A DNA stretch of 62,869 nt, counting the filler, from an uncultured Ignavibacteriales bacterium (lineage in GTDB: Bacteria; Zixibacteria; MSB-5A5; GN15; JAAZOE01), in assembly GCA_964611355.1 (NCBI GenBank). It is 6 parts of 6 records of this genome, joined end to end, with 100 filler letters (N's around TTAATTAATTAA, not from the genome) between each part and the next. Parts side by side here need not be neighbours in the genome. Positions count along the whole stretch, not along the records: positions 53,933 to 62,869 come from CAZSYD010000074.1; 5 more parts are not named here. One strand, given 5' to 3'. A program made the position numbers and the translations under genes. The notes beneath the pieces are model-generated. The model was given only the letters and a program-made list of their open reading frames with translations, ran no database searches and was not told the DNA's origin. The stretch's first letter is position 1. Each line of letters begins with the position of its first letter. This document shows, in pieces, positions 57,468-62,869 of this stretch.

Positions 57468-58387
57468 CAGAAAAGCTCCCGGGACACGCCCCGTTCACGA
57501 CCCTTTTCATTAACTTTTACGACCCGAAGGTCAATCCTGTTTATATCGGCTTCGCCAAGGCCGATTTTCTGCGCCGAATCGAGATATTTAACCGGCCGGC
57601 CGACTTTAGCCAGCGGCGGTCGCCCGTTTTTGGCGCGCAGATGCTCCAATATTTGAAGCGCAACTCGGTCGGCCGCTACCGGGTCGTTCGAAATAATTAA
57701 ACCATTATAATAATCGAGCGAACGACTGTCAAAGCCGGGGCCGTTATCATATTGGACTCGGGCGGCATCGGTTATGGTCAACCGGTGTTTGTCTTTTATC
57801 GGCGCCAGGTTATTGATATCTGCCGCGTACGGATCGCAGTTGTTGCCGTGATACTTGTTGGGGTTATTCACGGCTCCAAACATGTTTTTCATCCCGGCCG
57901 ACAGTCCTGCGACGGAATGATCTTTCAGAACCGGCAGGTTTATGCTGTGATCGACCATGCGGGTCAGGATTCGAGTCACCAGTGAACCGACCTTTCCTGA
58001 ATTGTAAAAGTCACGGCTGTAACCGACGCCGCTGGTGTCGGTGCCGAGGCAGCGTCTCCCGAATGAGGAAGCATTCAGCTTATATCCGGCGTTTTTTAGT
58101 TCCCGGTTGCTTCGTTCCCAGATGATAATATCGTTTTCCTCTATCCCGGCCACTTTTATCAAAAGCTCGGTCAAAGCGTCCGCCAGAGGCTTGAACGTCG
58201 GGTTAAAGCTGGCCAGGCAATTGGTCTTTATACCTACTGCCCCTTTGGGGAACAGGGACTTAAGAAACAGCTTTGGGTCGCCGCCGATAAATATCTTTAA
58301 GCCGGTTTCCAGCAGAAACCGGTATTGGTCCTGATCGAGGAATTTCCCCGGATTTCCGGAAAGCTTTGACACCGCGACAATACTCAT
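57467..58387 (-). CDS. DUF362 domain protein
   Basis: VGIKTN, IIIWER, INLPVLKDHSVAGLSAGMKNMFG, DPVAAD; stop overlaps the amrS start. Confidence 0.85.
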   Translation of the reverse strand: MSIVAVSKLSGNPGKFLDQDQYRFLLETGLKIFIGGDPKLFLKSLFPKGAVGIKTNCLASFNPTFKPLADALTELLIKVAGIEENDIIIWERSNRELKNAGYKLNASSFGRRCLGTDTSGVGYSRDFYNSGKVGSLVTRILTRMVDHSINLPVLKDHSVAGLSAGMKNMFGAVNNPNKYHGNNCDPYAADINNLAPIKDKHRLTITDAARVQYDNGPGFDSRSLDYYNGLIISNDPVAADRVALQILEHLRAKNGRPPLAKVGRPVKYLDSAQKIGLGEADINRIDLRVVKVNEKGRERGVSRELF

Positions 58388-58435
58388 ATATATAATATAC
58401 AAAAACGACGCGTAAAACCGCCAAGCCTTTTTATC

Positions 58436-58464
58436 TTGACTGACCGGATACGGCGGCATATCAT
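58436..58464 (+). promoter_or_regulatory. Sigma70-type promoter of the amrB-amrA fusion
   Basis: TTGACT-N17-TATCAT. Confidence 0.6.
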
Positions 58465-58481
58465 AAAGACAGGTAGGGCTC

Positions 58482-59954
58482 ATGAAAAAGACAGCATGGT
58501 CTGTTATCGTAACAATCATTTGTATAATCTGCATTATGGATTGCCACGCCGATACAGATAAGGCCGAAATTATCCGGGAACCTGCCGTGGCCGGGTTCTT
58601 TTACCCCGCCGACGGGGAAGAGTTGCAAACCGTCGTAGATAAGCACCTCGACAATGTTGTCGATTTGCCACGGATTAACGGCCAAATAATCGCCCTGATC
58701 GCTCCCCATGCGGGGCTGGTCTATTCCGGGCAGATCGCCGCTTATAGTTATAAAACCCTGCAGAATTCCGGCGTTAATAAGGTTATTCTCATTGGTCCGT
58801 CGCATCGGTTTCCGTTCGAGGGCATCTCGGTTTTCGGGCCGGGCGTCCGGTGGCGCACGCCGCTGGGAATGATTGATTGCGACGATGAGTTCTGCGAGCA
58901 GTTTATCAGGCAGAATCAAAGAATAGATATTATCCCCCAGGCTCATGAGCAGGAACACTGCCTTGAAGTGCAGCTTCCCTATCTTCAAACCGTTCTCGGT
59001 GATTTCAGCATCGTTCCGGCTATAATGGGCCGGCCCGCCGTGGAGACCGTTAATCTTCTGGCCGATGCCCTGACTTCACTGGAGTTTGACAGTCAGACAA
59101 TCATGATCGCTTCCACCGACTGGCAACACTATCACCCCGCGTCCGTCGGATGGCCGATGGATTCGCTTGGCATCGAGTGCCTTAAAAGCCTTAATGTTGA
59201 TCTCTTGCAGAAAAAGCTCGCCGAAGGAAAAGTCCAGGCCTGCGGCGGCGGTTCGGTCGTAGCCGTCATGAAAGCAGCTATTGCCCACGGAGCCAACCGG
59301 GTAAAAATACTAAAATACGGCGATTCCGGCGACATTACCGGCGATAAAAGCTCGGTGGTCAGCTATATCGCGGCGGTTATCTACCGGGATAAAAAGGCGG
59401 AACTTCCGGAAAAAGCCGACCTGTCTGAGGCCGATAAGGAAAAACTTCTGAAAATCGCCCGCCGGTCCATCGAGACATTTCTAAAGACCAGACAAGCCCC
59501 GGAATTTGACGTCCCGCAAAATCTTAAAGAACCGGGAGCGGCGTTTGTCACCCTGGAGAAACAAGGCCGGTTGCGCGGTTGTATCGGATATACCGAGGCC
59601 GTCGATCCCTTATACGAAACGGTATCGCGCTGTGCAATTCAGGCGGCGGTCGCCGACCCCCGCTTCCCACCCGTTAAGTACGATGAAATGGCCGATATTC
59701 ACATCGAAATTTCCGTGCTGACGCCGCTTCAACAAGTCAAATCTTTCGATGAAATAGAAGTAGGCCGGGACGGCCTGATGATCTTCAAAGGCAACAATCG
59801 CGGACTGCTGCTGCCGCAGGTGGCGGTTGAATACGGCTGGGACAGGGAAGAATTTCTAAAACAAACCTGTCGCAAAGCAGGGCTTACCCGGGACGCCTAT
59901 AAATCGGACGACGCCAAAATCTACAAATTCCAGGCGATTATATTCGGCGAATAA
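58482..59954 (+). CDS. amrB: AmmeMemoRadiSam protein B (Memo) fused to protein A (AMMECR1), with signal peptide
   Basis: REPAVAGFFYP, APHAGLVYSG, GPSH, EHCLEVQLPYLQ, STDWQHY, ACG; then AFVTL, LRGCIG, DPRFPP, EISVLT, GLLLPQV. Confidence 0.92.
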   Translation: MKKTAWSVIVTIICIICIMDCHADTDKAEIIREPAVAGFFYPADGEELQTVVDKHLDNVVDLPRINGQIIALIAPHAGLVYSGQIAAYSYKTLQNSGVNKVILIGPSHRFPFEGISVFGPGVRWRTPLGMIDCDDEFCEQFIRQNQRIDIIPQAHEQEHCLEVQLPYLQTVLGDFSIVPAIMGRPAVETVNLLADALTSLEFDSQTIMIASTDWQHYHPASVGWPMDSLGIECLKSLNVDLLQKKLAEGKVQACGGGSVVAVMKAAIAHGANRVKILKYGDSGDITGDKSSVVSYIAAVIYRDKKAELPEKADLSEADKEKLLKIARRSIETFLKTRQAPEFDVPQNLKEPGAAFVTLEKQGRLRGCIGYTEAVDPLYETVSRCAIQAAVADPRFPPVKYDEMADIHIEISVLTPLQQVKSFDEIEVGRDGLMIFKGNNRGLLLPQVAVEYGWDREEFLKQTCRKAGLTRDAYKSDDAKIYKFQAIIFGE

Positions 59955-59992
59955 TCATAACTCTGCCGTAATCAATAAATGAATTGCAGGCG

Positions 59993-60029
59993 GGCGTTCC
60001 GATCCGCACTGGCGGAGAGAAACCCGACA
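59993..60029 (+). repeat. REP-like palindromic repeat, copy 4
   Basis: ggcgttccgatccgc-actggc-ggagagaaacccgaca. Confidence 0.75.
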
Positions 60030-60119
60030 AGTCCAACGGGCTCCAGCTTTTCAACATTTATCCGACATATAGTATGTCCACATAGTCTTTCTATAACGAC
60101 TTTGAAGAAGGCTCTATAT

Positions 60120-60935
60120 ATGAAGAAAATTTATTTCACCGCAGCCATTGCCATCCTGATCGCCTCGATGATAATAATCAACTGCAGCGACGATAAAGGG
60201 GCCAATAACGGTTCGGGTTCCATCATAACCGGCGATACCACGGAAACGATTATCGCCGATCACCAGGCTGTGGCTGAATTTTCCGATATACCGGCTTCGG
60301 TTATTGAAACCACAGGGGACAGTCTTAATATCTATTACGTGCATACCTCGCACGGCAGCCAAATTATGACCGGCCTTGATATGCTTGAGACGGAAGACAG
60401 TACTTATGACCCCCCATACTTCTATGAGAGGGGCGATGATCTCGGCCATAACGGAGATACTTCCTGGGTTCCCCATACGCGCACTTATCTGGACGGTCAT
60501 CCTGAGTGTAATGTCGCCATGTTTTCCTGGTGCGGCGGCGCCTCCGATAACACCGAAGAAGGAATCAATATCTACTTGAATATGACCGACAGCCTTGAAC
60601 AGGACTATCCCGATGTCGTTTTCATTTACATGACCGGTCATCTGGATGGAACCGGCATCGACGGCAATCTATATATTCGCAACAACCAGATTCACGCTTA
60701 TTGCTCAGATCACGAAAAGATTCTTTTTGATTTTGCGGATATCGAAAGTTATGATCCCGACGGCAATTATTACCCCGATGAGAGCGACGGTTGCGGCTGG
60801 TGCTCCGACTGGTGCGCCGAAAACATCTGCCCCTCGTGCGGCTCATGCGCTCATTCGCATTGCTTTAACTGCTATTTAAAGGGCAAAGCGTTCTGGTGGC
60901 TGATGGCGCGGATCAACGGTTGGGACGGCACGTAA
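60120..60935 (+). CDS. Lipoprotein, SGNH-like; paralog of 21026-22012 without the dockerin
   Basis: MKKIYF...IIINC lipoprotein leader; near-identical core YVHTSHGSQIMTGL...CGSCAHSHCFNCYLKGKAFWW. Confidence 0.82.
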   Translation: MKKIYFTAAIAILIASMIIINCSDDKGANNGSGSIITGDTTETIIADHQAVAEFSDIPASVIETTGDSLNIYYVHTSHGSQIMTGLDMLETEDSTYDPPYFYERGDDLGHNGDTSWVPHTRTYLDGHPECNVAMFSWCGGASDNTEEGINIYLNMTDSLEQDYPDVVFIYMTGHLDGTGIDGNLYIRNNQIHAYCSDHEKILFDFADIESYDPDGNYYPDESDGCGWCSDWCAENICPSCGSCAHSHCFNCYLKGKAFWWLMARINGWDGT

Positions 60936-60991
60936 GGCGTCAGTCATTTCGGTATTGTTTGAGAAGTTGCGCTTCAAACCATCGTTATCCA

Positions 60992-62668
60992 TTAGTCGGA
61001 ATCTATAAACCACTCCCCGGCAATTCGCTCGGTGACGGCAATTATTTCGCGGTCTTTATCGTTCAGGGCTCCTCTTGCAATCAGCGTATCAACGGCCTTA
61101 TGCAGCACGACCATCTTGTTTTGAACCGGAATCAGGGCCGGATAGTATTCATTGTTAAAAAACATCCGGAACCTTCTGCGTTGACGGTCATCTTCATAGA
61201 GGCGAGCAATCTCCGATTCCAGTTCAGAGCCGCTCAACTTCTCCAGTTCCTCCTTGGGAGAAACCATGAGCCTGCTCGTGTTCTCAAGATCGGTATTGCA
61301 CTTGAACGTCATCTGCCAGCATTCGACCATGCCGAGCGAATTGACCGTCAGGACAGACGCCGCAATCCGGCTGTTTTCCGAATCGGCGCTTACTCCCTTC
61401 ATGAATGGAATGAAATAATTATCGGTAATGGCTCCGAAAGCGCTGACGCCTCCGGCAAATGGGTCATCAAGGATATCGGCCATGGTAAAGTAGGGTTTGC
61501 GCTCAAAACGGGCGTCCTGGATGAGCATAAATTCGTCCTCGGTAAAATGAAATCTCTCTTTCCATTTGGCTTCCGAACTGAGGTCCGAACGGGTCAGTGA
61601 CGACTGACTGGTCAGCATACCGATAGCCTCCCCGCCCCGCCAGACCAAAGGCAGAACCCCGACGGCCCATTCGGCGGAACCGCCGATCTCACCAATCATT
61701 GAACACAGGCCGCGTTGGTCGGGGAATTTCAGCCCGTCCATACCAAGGACAATGGCCGGCATCAGATCGCCGTCCTTATCGAACGGCGTGGCTACCCCAG
61801 CCTTATTCAAAATATCCATGGCCGGGTAATGACGCGGCCGATCTAAAAAAAAGGCGCTCAACCTGTCGATACCGGAAAAACCATAAGCTTCGGCAATAAT
61901 CTTCGCCGCTTCCGGAAGATTCGTTTCGCGAGGATTGAATTTCTCGAAACAGGCGCTGGCCATCCACCGTTGAACATAAATATCGGGAAGGTGTCTTTTT
62001 ACGTTCGATTCCGTGACAAACAAAGCCGTCAGGCTGGAATGAATTCCCCTGATCGACTTGGTAGTCCCGTCAATAACGTCGTTGCCCATCGACAGCAGGG
62101 TAACGTTACGCGAGGCGCTGAGCCCATAGTCGGCCCGATGTTTGTCCTTGGCGAAAACCGCACCGACAGCGATGGTCGGATTGCCGCCCGCCTCCTTGCC
62201 CGGTTTGACGCGGACACCTTCGGTAATGGCCGACTCGATGATGACTTCTTCGCCTATCGGCAGCGTCTCCGTGGTCGTCTGCAGGATATCGGCCATGATT
62301 TGCGCCGAGGTGCGGTCGTTAGCTCTTTTCAAACGATTGGCAAGGTCTTTGGTTTGTTGTTCTTTCGGGTATCTATTGAGACTGTCCCGGCCGTGCAGGG
62401 CGACAGCAATAGCGGATAGCGCGGCCGAAAGAATAACCGACTGCCGCAACTGGCGATTGCGCAATGTTCCCAGGTTGGACTGCTGATTGATCTGATCGCT
62501 GAGAGTGATAATACTGCACGAATCCAGAGTTATGTTATAATTGCTTAGTACCGCCTTGTGGCGGTGATTGAATTCAAGTATACGATCCCGCTCAAACAGC
62601 CATTTGTTTTCATTCCCGCTGTAGGAAAGCCTTTGTTCGGCGATATCATAACGCAGTTTGTTGTCCAT
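60992..62668 (-). CDS. Class II fructose-1,6-bisphosphatase (GlpX)-like protein with N- and C-terminal extensions
   Basis: TEG, NDVIDGT, LPDIY, LDRPRH, DGDL, EIGGSAE, GAITD align with GlpX motifs. Confidence 0.7.
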   Translation of the reverse strand: MDNKLRYDIAEQRLSYSGNENKWLFERDRILEFNHRHKAVLSNYNITLDSCSIITLSDQINQQSNLGTLRNRQLRQSVILSAALSAIAVALHGRDSLNRYPKEQQTKDLANRLKRANDRTSAQIMADILQTTTETLPIGEEVIIESAITEGVRVKPGKEAGGNPTIAVGAVFAKDKHRADYGLSASRNVTLLSMGNDVIDGTTKSIRGIHSSLTALFVTESNVKRHLPDIYVQRWMASACFEKFNPRETNLPEAAKIIAEAYGFSGIDRLSAFFLDRPRHYPAMDILNKAGVATPFDKDGDLMPAIVLGMDGLKFPDQRGLCSMIGEIGGSAEWAVGVLPLVWRGGEAIGMLTSQSSLTRSDLSSEAKWKERFHFTEDEFMLIQDARFERKPYFTMADILDDPFAGGVSAFGAITDNYFIPFMKGVSADSENSRIAASVLTVNSLGMVECWQMTFKCNTDLENTSRLMVSPKEELEKLSGSELESEIARLYEDDRQRRRFRMFFNNEYYPALIPVQNKMVVLHKAVDTLIARGALNDKDREIIAVTERIAGEWFIDSD

Positions 62669-62869
62669 GCGCCCTCCGCATAATGGGATATTAAAAAAGG
62701 TCCAACATCTCGGCTTTCATTTTCGAACAGACATTATACGGGATGTTATCCGGTTTTCAAGTACTAACTTTATTATGAATTGTTCGCTGTAAAAAAATCA
62801 AAATTTTTCTACGGAATCAGAATCTCTTCTTGGTCGGGAACTGAAAGGCGGGGATGGTCAACCGAATTG

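Noticed and set aside
7130..61600. Many long opposite-strand or alternate-frame ORFs in the track (e.g. 7130-7888, 8170-9069, 9952-11115, 56892-57656, 60896-61600)
   Set aside because: They are shadows of well-supported genes and have no recognisable motifs.
1..62869. CRISPR arrays, tRNA/rRNA, DGR or reverse transcriptase, recoded stop codons
   Set aside because: No regularly spaced repeats, cloverleafs, RT motifs or in-frame stop interruptions were seen by eye. Small RNAs could have been missed without Infernal or tRNAscan.

Overview
This is not one locus. It is six draft-genome/MAG contigs joined by 100-nt artificial linkers (N44-TTAATTAATTAA-N44) at 11859-11958, 23721-23820, 33915-34014, 44039-44138 and 53833-53932. 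The complete contigs fall in decreasing length order (11762, 10094, 10024, 9694 bp), so adjacency across linkers is meaningless. A C-terminal dockerin, FlgD/T9SS-type C-terminal domains, a PorV-like barrel, flagellin and type IV pilins suggest a diderm FCB-related bacterium, probably candidate Zixibacteria (inference). Contig 1: two paralogous large secreted proteins, an MFS/GT pair, and an unusual tdh-acpS-acs-ACP-kbl cluster. Contig 2: MCP end, polyferredoxin membrane protein, DedA/VTT-radical SAM fusion, SGNH hydrolase, sixA, deacetylase/methyltransferase, queG, dockerin protein, sigma54 regulator. Contig 3: transglutaminase-propeller, dpaL, FG-GAP protein, YbbR protein, tsaD, pstA-pstB-phoU. 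Contig 4: AT-rich hicB-hicA islet, GAF protein, PilR-like regulator with tandem pilins, repeat/HEAT pair, HDOD-HisKA protein. Contig 5: flagellin start and a TonB receptor-CTD protein-PorV operon. Contig 6: IS3 end, an apparently exported AmmeMemoRadiSam system with DUF362 and a membrane spermidine-synthase-like protein, and a long GlpX-like protein. No rRNA, tRNA or CRISPR array was seen. Best candidates for undescribed biology: the ACP-dependent acetate/glycine/threonine module, the exported AmmeMemoRadiSam system, the DedA-radical SAM fusion, the TBDR-CTD-PorV triad, and two dispersed repeat families. All calls come from reading motifs by eye; no searches were run.
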